A stretch of 64,000 bases of DNA. Source: Octopus vulgaris (lineage: Eukaryota). Location: contig OX597814.1 of the NCBI GenBank assembly GCA_951406725.2, positions 5,890,001-5,954,000 on the forward strand, written 5' to 3'. This document shows, one piece after another, positions 50,161 to 63,299 of the stretch (the first letter of the stretch is position 1; each line of letters opens with the position of its first letter). The translations under genes and the position numbers were made by a program. The notes under the pieces were generated by a model. The model was not told where the DNA came from. It saw only the letters and a list, made by a program, of their open reading frames with translations, and did not search any database.

Positions 50161-50988
50161 ACAGAGATTCAGGCTATACCCTCTTGGCGATTTCCTCTAC
50201 TCTCTCTCTCTCTTTCCCCCTCTCTCCCTCTCTCTCTTCCACTCGCTCTCTCTCTTCCCCTCGCTCTCTCCCCCCTCTCTCTCTTCTCCTCTCTCTCTTC
50301 CCCTCGCTCTCTCCTCCTCTCTCTTTTCTCCTTTCTCTCTCTTCCCTCTCTCTCCCTCTCTGTATTATTGATATCCAGTAGCCCCTCAAACTCTGTACCC
50401 AGGTCTTTTGCCACTTACTCGCACTCTTTAATTGCACTCCCTTCGCAATACCCTCTCACTTATGGCATTTAAACCTGAAGGCTATGTCCTGGCCCTTGCC
50501 ACTATCTGTATCTCTCTCTCCCTTTACTCAACCATTTCATTTATACTCTGATCCCCATTCCTTGTGAGCATACCAGGCATTTTTCCACCATCTCCCTCCT
50601 ATGGCCTCTCTCTCTCTATCTCTCTCTCCTCTTGCACTTTGCTCAGGCTGGGCAACCGTGTATAATTATATAAAAGAAAAAAATAATTAAAAAAAAAACT
50701 ATAGATATATAGGGGAAAAAAATTATAGCAAGATTATTTAGCAGGAGTCTCTATGTTTAAACAATAGAGTCCTAAACATTGTAAACTATGAAATGGTGAG
50801 GCATAATTATAAGGAAAGGAATGTTTAGGCTGGAGAATTACAGGGTAAGGAATAAAGGAATTGGATGGGGAACAAATTATTCAGACACAATGCTTACTTA
50901 TATAAAGAAGTTAGCTATGCATAAATGATCAGAGGGGCTAAGGGTCACTGGAATACAGAATGCATTACTGAACTCAAGGATATATATT

Positions 50989-51091
<103 letters not shown>

Positions 51092-51132
51092 ATATATGTA
51101 TGTATATATATATCTGTGTGTGTGTGTGTGTA

Positions 51133-51490
51133 TGTCACTTCACCTTGATCACTTTGACCGACCAGTCTGTCAGGCGTCCATTTGACACCGCTGGTCACAG
51201 CACACTGTCCACTCCTCTCTGGATCGCGCCTTTCTCATCCACGTGATCCCAATCGTCCTCTTGAAATCGTCACTCCACCGTCGTGGAGGTCTTCCGGGTG
51301 GTCTTTTCTGCTCACGCAGGTACCACTCGACAACTGCGTGCGTCCACCGATTATCGGTGAGCCGGGCGACGTGTCCAGCCCATCTATACTTGCTGCGAGT
51401 ATACTCAAAGAGCCATGGAAAGGTCAACGCTTGGTATCTCGTTGAGAGAGCACATAAATAGCAACATCATCAGAAAGAAGTCCGGCGTGA
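51133..51490 (-). mobile_element. RTE LINE 3' fragment (third family)
   Basis: KYRWAGHVARLTDNRWT...KRPPGRPPRRWSDD. A related short piece lies at about 61284-61385. Confidence 0.85.
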
Positions 51491-52237
51491 GAGATGTGTG
51501 TGTATGTATATATATATATATATATTGAAAATGTTCGTTATAGGTATAAAGATACCATAAAGAATTATAAAAATGGAGAAAAGTTGTTAAAAAATCAAAA
51601 TTGGATTTAATAGGTACATACAAATGTTTCTAAAGGCAATACAAATATGTAAGAAAAAATTATAATGATAATAATTATAATTAAAGTTATGCAATGTCAT
51701 TCTTGACAGTGTGAAGAATTTAAGGAAAAACCTCAAAAAATTTATTAATAAAAATCAAGAAGGAAAAACAAATGGTGTAACAGGAAAATTTAACCAGATA
51801 TTTACAAATAAGTTGTAAAAAGGAAAGAATCAAGAGAAACGAAAAAGGAAATATCAATGTGTATGCAAGTCTATTTATGCAAAAAAAACCTATAAATTTG
51901 GCTAACAGATATAGATAGATAGATTTATAGATGCTCACATTATATTGTATATTATATATGATATATATGATGATGTATAATATGTATGTAGTCTACAATA
52001 TTGTAGATGGCAGAAACTGTAAAAAAACCCTGTTTCTTATTTCTCTCTCTTGTCCACGCATTCTATAATAACTCAATATGGCTGAACTTTTAGTAAACCA
52101 ACTATTTTCTATTCTTCGCCGATCATTTCTGATATTATTTACCCGTCATTGAATTTTGTGATCATTTAATCATTTAAACATGTTTTCTACTTGGTAATTT
52201 TAAATTCTATTACGATGCCATTGTTTTATATACATTT

Positions 52238-52279
52238 GTACCATTGATAAACAAAATATTGCTGAAACTAGTTTGGTAT
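52238..52279 (+). ncRNA. Minimal hammerhead-like motif, U3-A8 variant, weak stem II
   Basis: GUACCA-UUGAUAA-ACAAAAUAUUGCU-GAA-ACUAGU-U-UGGUAU. Stem I and the palindromic stem III are good. Confidence 0.55.
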
Positions 52280-52395
52280 GTATGGGAATAAATTTATTTA
52301 AAAACAATTACAAGTTTTTCAAATACAGGTGCATTTTCAAAAACAAATTCTTCTCTCTCTCTCTCACTCCACACACACACGCACAAAAGCACACA

Positions 52396-52442
<47 letters not shown>

Positions 52443-53546
52443 TATATACATATATATATATACATATATATATATATTTGGATGGTGCTTTGTGCCACCG
52501 ACACGGACTGGCTTCCATGTCGGTGGCACGTAAAAATCAACATCCGAATCGTGGCCGAAGCCAGTGCCGCCTCGACTGGCTTCCGTGCAGGTGGCACGTA
52601 AAATGCACCCACTACACTCACGGAGTGGTTGGCGTTAGGAAGGGCATCCAGCTGTAGAAACACTGCCAGATCAGACTGGAGCCTGGTGCAGCCCCTGGCT
52701 TCCCAGACCCCGATCGAACCATCCAACCCATGCTAGCATGGAGAACGGACGTTAAACGATGATGATGATATATATATATATATATAAATCAGGAGTGCAT
52801 AGCATTTACATAAATAATAATATTTCAATAATTTTACAAAAACATAACAAACTGGAAATTCATCATCAGTCAACAGCTTAAAAATCGTCACAGTTTCATG
52901 CCTTTAACATTGACAGTGTTCACTTTTGGGGGTCACCAGTTGCAAAAATCCATTGGGAATAGCTAATGGACATACAGGACACTGATGACAAAATAAAATA
53001 TACATATACAACAAAAGATGGTTGTGTGGCCACATCACAGATATGTATGGGGTAACACAAAGGAAAATGAAAATGTCCTGTAAGATTGGAGACGAGAGGA
53101 GGACAGACAGAAAGTGAGAATGAAAGAAGAAGTAAAGTATTGGGGAGGGGAAGAAAAATATTTTTGTTGTTTTTGTAAAATCTCAGAAAATAATTAAAAA
53201 TTCACATTTTTTATCAAATTATTTTGTTATATTTGTCTATCTATCCAACTGTAAACATTTTAAATATTTCACTAAAGAGAGAGGGAGGAAGGCAAAAGAG
53301 AGGCAAAGATAGAGAGAGAGAGAGAAATAGACATTGCACAAAAAATATTCTAAGAATATTTTACAAATGAGTAAAAAAAAGGAAGAGTGGAAAGTGTTAC
53401 ATAAATAATATTTAAAAAATTTAACAAAAATACAGCAAACAGAAAATTTTCCAAAGTGTATAAAAAATATACAACAAAAAGGTTATTGTATGACATGTGT
53501 GATATTGTGTGATACTAAATATGCAAATATTCTTTTTCCCTTCCAG

Positions 53547-53579
53547 GATTCGATCCTGCTCACCCAGAAGATGTCCCAG
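53547..53579 (+). CDS. Astacin-like gene 33-nt microexon (FDPAHPEDVP)
   Basis: ttcccttccag acceptor and CAG|GTATGG donor, phase 1 to 1. Resembles the PE motif that precedes FxGDI in astacin propeptides. Confidence 0.8.
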
Positions 53580-53620
53580 GTATGGTCATATAACATTAAT
53601 TGAAGTCTTTTTATTGTAAA

Positions 53621-54225
53621 CTAGCAGTATCGCCCGGCGTTGCTCGGGTTTGTAAGGGAAATAACTATATAAGCATTTTCAGAGAGTTATAGTAAAAAAA
53701 TAGCAAAAAAAAATGCATTAAAAATGGAAAAAAAAATGATGGTGAATTTTTTTTAAATCGTTGACTCATCGTAGACATTTTTAGAGAGTTACTTCCCTTA
53801 TATAATAGCGAAAAAATGCATTAAAATGGAAAAAAATGATGGTAAATTTTTTTTTAAATCGTTGACTCATCGTAGACATTTTTAGAGAGTTACTTCCTTT
53901 ATATAATAGCGAAAAAATGCATTAAAATGGAAAAAAATGATGGTAAATTTTTTTTAAAATCGTTGACTCATCGTAGACATTTTTAGAGAGTTACTTTCCT
54001 TATATAATTGCGAAAAAATGCATTAAAATGGAAAAAAATGATGGTAAATTTTTTTTAAAATCGTAGACTCATCGTAGACGCGCGCTAATACCCAGAAGGG
54101 CTCGATATGAATCACGACTATAAGATACCCGGTTTTGGTTAAATTGCACCGCAAAATGTGGGAGTAGTTAGGAATCTAAATCGTAGGAGACAGACACACA
54201 ACCTCTCTTTTATATATAAAGAAGA
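53621..54225 (-). mobile_element. Non-autonomous Helitron with four ~101-bp internal tandem units
   Basis: Same termini as the other copies. The unit marker TGCATT occurs at 53714, 53817, 53918 and 54019. Confidence 0.8.
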
Positions 54226-54454
54226 TTTGCTGTGTTGACACTGGAAAGGAGAGGAAGGAAATAGAAAACAAAAACAAACACAAATAATGTGAATGAATTT
54301 ATGGTCATGGTTGATGGTTGATGGTTGATGGTTGATGGTTGATGGTTGTGTTGTGGCTGAAGTCTACTGTTCAGCCTCAGGACTGGGCATTATCAAAGTG
54401 TCCATTAATTTTACAGGACTGCTAGCAACACTAACAGCAGCAATGATAACACTC

Positions 54455-55085
54455 CCACCACCACCACCACCACCACCACCACCACCACCAGCACCAGCAC
54501 CAGCACCGCACCGCCACCACCACCACCACCACCACCACCACCACAATCCACCACCACCACGACCACCACCACTGTCGCCGCCGCCACCACCACGACCACA
54601 ACCACCACCACAGCCACCACCACCACCACCACCACCCTCACCACCACCACCACCACCGCCACTGTCGCCGCCGCCGCCACTGCCGCCGCTGCCGCCACCA
54701 CCACCACCTCCACCACCACCACCACCACCACCACAATCCACCACCACCACGACCACCACCACTGTCGCCGCCGCCACCACCACCACCACCACCACCACCA
54801 CCACCACCACCACCACCACCACCACCACAATCCACCACCACCACCACCACCACCACCACCACCCTCACCACCACCACCACCACCGCCACTGTCGCCGCCG
54901 CCGCCACTGTCGCCGCCGCCGCCACTGTCGCCGCCGCCGCCACTGTCGCCGCCGCCGCCACTGTCGCCGCCACTGTCGCCGCCGCCGCCACTGTCGCCGC
55001 CGCCGCCACCGCCACCACCTCCACCACGACCACAACTACCACGACCACGACCACGACCACCACTACCACCACCACCACCACCACA
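54455..55085. repeat. (CCA)n/(CCG)n compound repeat with an 18-bp higher-order unit
   Basis: CCACTGTCGCCGCCGCCG is repeated at about 54886-55010. Confidence 0.95.
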
Positions 55086-55139
55086 CTATCTCTCCACTAT
55101 CAACAAAAGCACTAATACTATTACTACCAATAATGCTGC

Positions 55140-55320
55140 CTAAATGATTTGGTGTATCCTTTCTAAGTAATAGAGAATTCTTCCTTAATGATAGTGTATC
55201 CTTCATAAGCGATCTAGTGTATCCTTCTTCAATGATTTAGTGTGTCCTTCCTAAATGATCTAATATATCATCCCTAAGTGATTTAGTGTATCATTCCAAT
55301 GTGACCAAGTTTATCATTCA
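55140..55320. repeat. Degenerate ~23-bp minisatellite (gatttagtgtatccttcctaaat)
   Basis: About 7-8 imperfect units. Confidence 0.7.
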
Positions 55321-55438
55321 TATGAGATTCAGAAATCCACCAAAGTCTTTAACAATCTTGGATCAAGCTTCAATGCTCTGAAGGGAAGAATATCAGAGAG
55401 AAAACCCACCACCACCATCAGCACCACTTGCAGCAGCA

Positions 55439-55812
55439 GTGGAGGTGCAATGGCCCAATGGTTAGGGCAGCAGACTCGCGGTCAGAAGATCGTGGTCTTG
55501 ATTTCCAGACTGGACGTTGTGTCTGTTTATTGAGCGAAAACACCTAAAGCTCCACGAGGCTCCAGCTGGGGGTGGTGACGACCCCTGTTGTACTCTTTCG
55601 CTCCAACTTTCTCTCGCTCTGTCTTCCTGTTTCTTGTCCCCGACTTCCTACGCAACCGCTGAGCCTGGATGCTGCGCATTCATCCATTCGTCGATGCTTT
55701 CGGTGTCGGGAGTTGACCTGCTTTCTCTTCTGCGGGTCTTACGAATAGCAAAGGACCATGTTTCGGACTTCTCCCATCTTGCGAGCTCTGGGACGAAGAC
55801 CTGTTCGCTCAA
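55439..55812 (+). mobile_element. SINE family B, tail type 1
   Basis: Colinear with the 12828 copy. Confidence 0.8.
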
Positions 55813-56107
55813 CAGCAACAGCAACAACAACAGCACCACCTTCATCATCTTCATCATCACCCCCCCACCACCACCAGTACCACCACCACCTACAACAACA
55901 ACAGCTGCTACTACTACTTCTACTACTTGTCTAGTACCTTATATAATAAGAAGGGCTGGTAATTAGAAATGAAATCAAGGAAGAGGGTGAGGGAAAGGTT
56001 TTCTGGTTTTAATGAAACGTCGAAGTTTCTATTTTCTAAAACAGTTTTAAACAGGAAAAAATGTTGCCCTGTTTCATGTTTTTCTTTTTTTTTTTTTCTT
56101 TTACCAG

Positions 56108-56151
56108 GAATGTTCCAAGGTGATATTGATCTCGATGGACATAGTCCTTGG
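56108..56151 (+). CDS. Astacin-like propeptide exon with Asp-switch (MFQGDIDLDGHSPW)
   Basis: Poly-T plus accag acceptor and GTAAAT donor, phase 1 to 0. FxGDI motif. Confidence 0.9.
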
Positions 56152-56236
56152 GTAAATATTGATTTTTAATCAAACCACAAAGCCACTGGTAAATATTGGT
56201 CCTTTGATAAATATTTCTGCCATATTATTCAAGTAG

Positions 56237-56377
56237 ACACACACACAAACACACACAAACACACACACACACAGAGAAACATACACACACACACACACAC
56301 GCACAAACACACACACACACACGCAAACACACACACACATACACAAACATGCACACACACACGCACAAACACACACA

Positions 56378-56430
<53 letters not shown>

Positions 56431-56683
56431 GCACAAACACACACACACACACGCAAACACGCACACACACACAAACATGCACACACACACGCACAAACAC
56501 ACACACACACACACACACAAACATGCACACACACACGCACAAACACACACACACACACAAACACACGCACAAACATGCACACACACACAAACATGCACAC
56601 ACACACGCACAAACACACACACACACAAACATGCACACACACACAAACACACACACACAAACACGCACACACACACACACTCA

Positions 56684-56757
<74 letters not shown>

Positions 56758-56765
56758 CATGCACA
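56237..56765. repeat. (CA)n compound microsatellite
   Basis: Directly visible; fills most of one astacin intron. Confidence 0.97.
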
Positions 56766-56833
56766 GTTACCAAGTTCTTTTCAACCCAATATTGCTATTT
56801 AAGAAAAGTTTGATAAAAATATATTTTCTGCAG

Positions 56834-56909
56834 AGTAGAAATGCTGTTGGAGATCTTAAGCGGCGCTGGCCAAATGGTGTGGTTCCATTTAACATTCATT
56901 CGTATTTTG
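56834..56909 (+). CDS. Astacin-like exon, mature N-terminus (SRNAVGDLKRRWPNGVVPFNIHSYF)
   Basis: ctgcag acceptor and GTAAGT donor, phase 0 to 1. R|NA maturation site and WPxGxVP motif. Confidence 0.93.
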
Positions 56910-57097
56910 GTAAGTGATGACTTTGTGTTTTTTATGATGTTTTGGGGAAGAATTTTTAACAATCAAACTTTGATAATTTTGTTCACAAAAGCTTAAATCA
57001 GTGATTGCTCACAGAAATGGAAAACATCTCCATGGAAACCGATCTTATATCAAAATTTAGTTTAATGATTTGTCAATTAAAGATCAATAAATATCTA

Positions 57098-58520
57098 TCC
57101 ACCAAGGATCAGTCCTCAGCCCCCTCCTATTTATCATAGTCCTCTAAGCAATAACAGAGGAATTCAAGACAGGATGCCCCTGGCAGCTCCTCTATGCTGA
57201 TGACCTTGCTCTTATTGCTGAGTCACTATCAGAACTCGAGGAGAAGTTTCAGGTGTGGAAGCAAGGTTTGGAATCAGAGGGCCTTAGAGTCAATCTACCA
57301 AAAACCAATGTCTTCGTAAGTAGGAAGGCAGGCAAGCCACAAATCCCTTCAGATAGATGGCCCTGCTCAATCTGTAGAAAAGGCATAGGTAGAAACTTCA
57401 TGAGATGTACCTGGTGTAAGTTATGGACACATAAGAGGGGCAGCAATATCAAAGGGTAGGGGAATAACTGGGAAGATAGTTTTTGTGTGTGGCAGATGCA
57501 CAGGGGCAATAGACACTGAAAATGCGCAGAAAACAGCTTCCGTCTCATGCCAGGGGGGAAAACTAGAAGTAGTTGATAGCTTCCATTACCTAGGTGACCA
57601 AGTCAGTAGCGGTGGGTGGATGCTCTGAGATTGCAGCTGCTAGAATATGAATAGCCTGGGCAAAGTTCAGAGAGCTCCTACCACTGCTGGTGACAAAGGG
57701 CTTCTTGCTCAGAGTAAAAGGTAGACTGTATGATGCATGTGTATGAACAGCCATGCTACATGGCAGTGAAACATGGGCTGTGACTGCTGAGGACATGTGT
57801 AAGCTTGCAAGGAATGAAGCCAGTATACTCCGATGGATGTGTAATGTTAGTGTGCAAACATGACAGAGTATAAGCGCCCTGAGAAAAAAGCATTAGATGT
57901 GGTGTGCAAGAGAGACGACTGCACTGGTATGGTCATATGTTACGTATGAATGAAGACAGATGTATGAAAAAGTGTCACATCCTAGCAATAGAGGGGACCT
58001 GTGGAAGAGGTAGACCCAGGAAGACCTGGGATGAGGTGGTGAAGCACGACCTCTGAATGTTGGGCCTCATGGAGGCAATGACAAGAAACCGAGACCTTTG
58101 GAGATATGCTATGCTTGAGAAGACTCGGTGAGCCAAGTGAGATTATGCCAGTGCAGCATAACCAGCCCATCTAAGGGTACCCTTCAATCATTGGACAATA
58201 AACTACGCTTGCGAAAACCTGTTGAAGCAAGTGAAGTCATTGCCATGGCCAATGACAGTACCTACCTGATTGGTAACCATGCCAGTGGCACGTAAAAAGC
58301 ACCATCCAAACGTGGTTGATGCCAGTACCGCCTAATTGGTTCCCATGCCCATGGTATGTAAAAAGCATCCACTACACTCTCAGAGTGTTTGGCATTAGAA
58401 AGGTCATCTGGCTGTAGAAACTTTGCCATATCAAATTTTGAGCCTGGTGCAGCCTTCTGGCTCACCAGCCTTCAGTCAAAGCCATCATGGAAAGCGGACA
58501 TTAAACGGCGATGATGAATC
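57098..58520 (+). mobile_element. 5'-truncated RTE-clade LINE with 3' UTR
   Basis: HQGSVLSPLLF...LLYADDL RT motifs and RGRPRKTW, followed by the common 3' UTR repeat and a (GAT)n tail. Confidence 0.92.
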
Positions 58521-59185
58521 ATCGTGGGAGATGATGTCAGTGTGCCAGGGAATATCCCTGAGGTACAAGGATGGGAATATAAATGGAAGAGTAGAGGATT
58601 GTACAGGGTGAATGAGTTCCTGAAGGTGGTTTGTGGGAGAGGGGAGGGAGAAAGAAATAATAGAGTATGAAGAAGAAATGGAGTTTGGTTCATTGGGGTG
58701 GGATGTGGGAATTAGTGTTACACGAGGGTGAAATACAAAGCACTTCCAGGACTTAGTGTCATGTAGTGGGCCTGGTCTCCCTCAAAAACCTCATATCACC
58801 AGACATGTTTATCCTGTGTCATCTCTGTGACGCCCAACATTTTGAGATTGGCACTCACTACTTACGTGTGTGTGTGTGTGTGTATCTATCACCTGTTCTT
58901 TGGGTGCATTTTGGGGAGTTCACTCTGTTGTCACCCAGTTTAATGCCAGTACCTGGTCCTTGCCAACCTTCAGCAGAGTATAGTTTGTTCTGGTCAGGGG
59001 CTTGATTTGAGAATGACTTTCTCCGTCCCAGCAATTTTTGAGGCCCTAAAAAAGGATTGTCAATGGTACGGACCTTCTTCTTGCAACAAAAATGTTGATG
59101 TCAGAGATGATGTTGTTTGTATTCCTTTTCTGGTCCAAATGTTTGAAGTTATTTTAATCCATGATGTTGCTTTTTACAATTACAG

Positions 59186-59321
59186 AAGAATATGAGAAGG
59201 AAACCATAATGGAAGGAATACGACATATTCAGGAAATGACGAGGCTTAATGGTAAAGACTGTATAAAATTCATGAACCAAACGGATGAAGAGAACTACGT
59301 GTATATTGGCACAGGATTTGG
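59186..59321 (+). CDS. Astacin-like exon (EYEKETIMEGIRHIQEMTRLNGKDCIKF...YVYIGTGFG)
   Basis: tacag acceptor and GTAAGG donor, phase 1 to 2. CIKF...DExNYV motifs. Confidence 0.92.
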
Positions 59322-60224
59322 GTAAGGCTACAGACTGTTTCAAGAATGCAAATGATTATTTGAAGAATAATAAGTTTTCAATAAAGGGTTATGAAACTGA
59401 TGCAGGTGAGTATTGAAGCCTATACCATGGTTTCAGGCATTTATCTATTTGGATATTATTTGCAATGCTTTTGTTGATGGGAAATAGAGTTAAAGAATGG
59501 TCATGTGATATGTGATGTCAGCCAGGTGTTAAGGGTGGTTTGTCTGTGTGTCTAAGACTCTGCAACATTCTGTTGAAATATATGCTTCTCTGGTGCTGTT
59601 GTTTTGATGGTATGTACACAAGACATTCTGAAATGTAGATTGGGGTGTGAGAAGTCATAGCAAAAATGGAACGACCAACTTAGGCATGATGGTCAACTCA
59701 TCTAAGGGGTAATAACTCTAAGAACTGACGACTTATCTAACCCATACCAACATGGAAAGTGGATGTAAAATGATTATTTGTGTGTGTGTATACATATACA
59801 TTCACATACATGCATATAAATATACACAGACCCTCTCCCCACACACTCACACAGACACACAAACAATGATTTATGTGTATCTTTATTTTATGTGCTGACT
59901 GGCGAAAGCAATCATCTATACGCAGTCACAATTGGAACCAATCTAAAAGGAATAACCCCACCCCTCCTAGAGTTATTGCCAGCAGAATTTCATTCTGGAA
60001 ATTTTGGTTACAACCTTAATTGACTGAGACGTGTTCCTTCCCCCAGTAGTGGAGAGGTTATGTGCATCTGGCCATTTGAGACTGCCGAGTCACCTGTTCA
60101 GCTAAGAAATTCATAGGTGCAAAACTAATGGTCAGTCTCTGACTGGTCATAGCAAACAAGTGTGTGTGTGTGTGTGTGTGTATGCATGTATGTGTATGCA
60201 TGAAAGTATATAATTTATCTCTTA

Positions 60225-60430
60225 TTTCTTTCAGTCATTAGTCTGTGGCCATGCTGGGGCACCACCTTCTATAATTTTTAGTCAAAAGAATTGACCCCCA
60301 ATTCTTATTATTTTTAAAGACTAATACATATTCTATCAGTCACTTTTGCTAAGTTACAGGGACATAAACAAACCAACAGCTGTAAAGCAATGGTGTGAGA
60401 CAAACATATACACAAAGGCACACATATACA
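60225..60430 (-). mobile_element. Diverged family A SINE 3' half
   Basis: ttcagtcatt...gtggccatgctggggcaccacc...attctatc match. Confidence 0.6.
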
Positions 60431-60549
60431 TACATACCTACATATAAACCAAAAAACCTTGTTGTTGATGTTGAAATTCCAATGAAAGAGCCTTGGATCT
60501 AGGTTAGAAACTGGTTCTTTCTCAAATCTTGAAATAAAACTGAATAATG

Positions 60550-60567
60550 ACATACATGCATACATAC

Positions 60568-60598
<31 letters not shown>

Positions 60599-60679
60599 CA
60601 TACATACATACACACATACACACATACACACATACACACATACATACATACATATATACATACATACATACATACATAC

Positions 60680-60710
<31 letters not shown>

Positions 60711-60820
60711 CATACATACATACACACATACACACATACACACATACATACATACTCGCATACATACATACATACATACATACATACATACATACATGCA
60801 TACTCACATACACACATACA

Positions 60821-60854
<34 letters not shown>

Positions 60855-60918
60855 CATACATACATACATACATACATACATACACACATATGTATATACA
60901 TATATACACATATACATA
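60550..60918. repeat. (TACA)n microsatellite
   Basis: Directly visible. Confidence 0.95.
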
Positions 60919-61407
60919 GACAGATGATGAGCAACGTTTCTATCAATGTCACCTCTCTGGCAATTCCCAAAACGATGTGGGCCATGCCATGCCACCTGAT
61001 CAATTTATTAACCTCCCCTCCATATATATATATATAAATAAAATAATTATTTGAGGGAATATTATCCCTAACTTACAGAGAAAAATTCAATTTAGAAATA
61101 CTAAATCAAATTTCACAAAATATAATATATATATAAAAATTAGAAAAAAAACACCTTTTATCAATTCAAAATGAACAATTAAATTACACCATCTAGAAAA
61201 TTACATATAATAGAAATATTAAAAATAAAATAACAATAATATACTGATGATTAAGTAAATTGCAAAATAATAAAAACGTATATCACGTGATCACGTGACC
61301 GACCAGACCATCAGATGTTGCTACACATCGCTGGTCACAATGCGTTTGCCTTGTTTTAGCCTTCGAATGACGCCACCCCACTGGTATATATATATATTAT
61401 ATACATT

Positions 61408-61438
<31 letters not shown>

Positions 61439-61828
61439 GATATAATAATAAGAGTAAATAATTTCTTTGATGGTTTTTCAAAAAACCAGCAATTATTTAC
61501 TGGTAGATTTCGGCATGTAAATATAACCATTAGCGGCAGGAATTTTCACTCCCTTACGACAACCCATAGTTTCTGCCCCTTATATATATATATATATTTG
61601 CAAAATTTAGATTCAAATGAATATGGTACTTAAGTTAGATGTACCAGAATTCTGTATGGTGTTACCCATATAAATCCATGGGGTGATTATAATCAAAATA
61701 AGCAAATTACCAAAGTTATTCTTGTTTCTTATTTTGATTATATATATATATAATAATAATATTAGGGAATATATCCAAACTTACAGGGAAAAATTAGATT
61801 TAGGATTAAATCTAATTTTACAGTATAA

Positions 61829-62310
61829 ATATAAATTAAATTAGAGATAAAACCACTATTAGGCAACTCAAACAGTGATAGACATAAACCAAAACATAAA
61901 AATAAATATAATTAATATAATATACAAAATATATAAAATATAAAATTTAAATTTATATTTATAAATTTTTATTTTTTATTTTTTTAATTTTTTTATTAAT
62001 TTTTTTTTTAAACTATCAAAAAGTATTAAAAAGTTTAATATAATATAATAAGTAATATAATATTACTTATTATATTATATTAAACTTTTTAATACTTTTT
62101 GATAGTTAAAAAAATATAAAAATATAAAAATTTATAAATATAAATTTAAATTTTAAATTTAAATAATTTAAATTTTAAATTTAAATAATTTAAATTTTAA
62201 ATTTTATATTTTATTTATTTTGTATCTTATATTAATTATATTTATTTTTATGTTTTGGTTTACGTCTTTCACTGTTTGAGTTGTCTAATAGTGGTTTTAT
62301 CTCTAATTTA

Positions 62311-62318
<8 letters not shown>
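61829..62318. repeat. AT-rich ~490-bp foldback; a single arm also occurs at about 47240-47500
   Basis: aattagagataaaaccactattag...aactatcaaaaagtattaaaaagttt is mirrored around about 62058. Confidence 0.85.
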
Positions 62319-62358
<40 letters not shown>

Positions 62359-62432
62359 TCCTTGTTGACACACAGACAGACAGATACACGAATCCCCTTA
62401 GTAATAATCCAATGTTGATGTTTCTTCTGTAG

Positions 62433-62608
62433 GTGTCACAGTAATATTGGTTACAAAGGCAAACCCCAAGGAATATCTCTCGGCCGTGGCTGCCGATCAA
62501 GAGGAATTGTTTCTCATGAGATGCTACATACACTGGGATTTTATCACGAACAGAGTCGACCAGATCGAGATAATTATGTGAAAATAAATATGACTAATGT
62601 AAAGGAAA
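62433..62608 (+). CDS. Astacin-like catalytic exon (CHSNIG...GC...HEMLHTLGFYHEQSRPDRDNYV); gene continues past window
   Basis: ctgtag acceptor and GTAAGA donor, phase 2 to 1. Complete HExxHxxGxxHExxRxDR astacin zinc signature. Confidence 0.96.
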
Positions 62609-62795
62609 GTAAGAATTAATGTTTCACTCAACCGTTTAATCAGCAGAAGAATTCTAACTAAAATAGAATTCTTCTGTGTTTTAATTATTTTTTTCAAAAT
62701 AATTTAAAATCATGTCAGATTCAGGAAATTGATTACAAATGTTTCTATATATTAGTTTTGTATTTGTTTCTGCTGTAGTTGTTGATGTTTATATT

Positions 62796-62830
62796 TCCAC
62801 TGATGAGGCCTAATAAGAAATATGTTTTGA
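62796..62830 (+). ncRNA. Decayed hammerhead-like motif (stem II broken)
   Basis: UCCA-CUGAUGA-GGCCUAAUAA-GAA-AUAUGU-U-UUGA, lying upstream of a GIY-YIG remnant. Confidence 0.35.
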
Positions 62831-63299
62831 GTTGTCTCCCTTGTTTGATCAATTCAACTTTGACGTTTGCTGCTCTCCAATATTTTCCCATATCATTGTA
62901 TCTCTTCTGGGTTTGTTGCTGTCTTTGAAAACATTGGGCATTCATCAGTCATGTGGAATATTTATTATGTAAATATGCAGTGAGTGGGTGTTGAAAATCT
63001 CACCGTTTCAAGTGTTGAGTGGGTACATGTCTTTTACCAAAGGTTTGGGTTAACCCAAGTCTTGTCAGGGAAACTGGGGAAATGAGTGGCACCAGCAGAG
63101 TTACCAATCCCATGCCCAGTACTACCAGCCACAACACCATTAGCAACAGCATCACCAGCACTATTTCTAGGGATGAATACTGCAACTGCAGCAAGCACAC
63201 CAATATCACCAGAACCCATTCCCCCTGGTAACAGCACCGATGACAGCCCCAGCAACAGCAGTGTTAACAACTCCAGGCCCAGAGCACTCAGAACATACA

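Noticed and set aside
61494-61545. Further hammerhead-like traces (minus strand here; also about 43615-43655 and 62900-62950)
   Set aside because: The core or stems are too degenerate to distinguish from chance.
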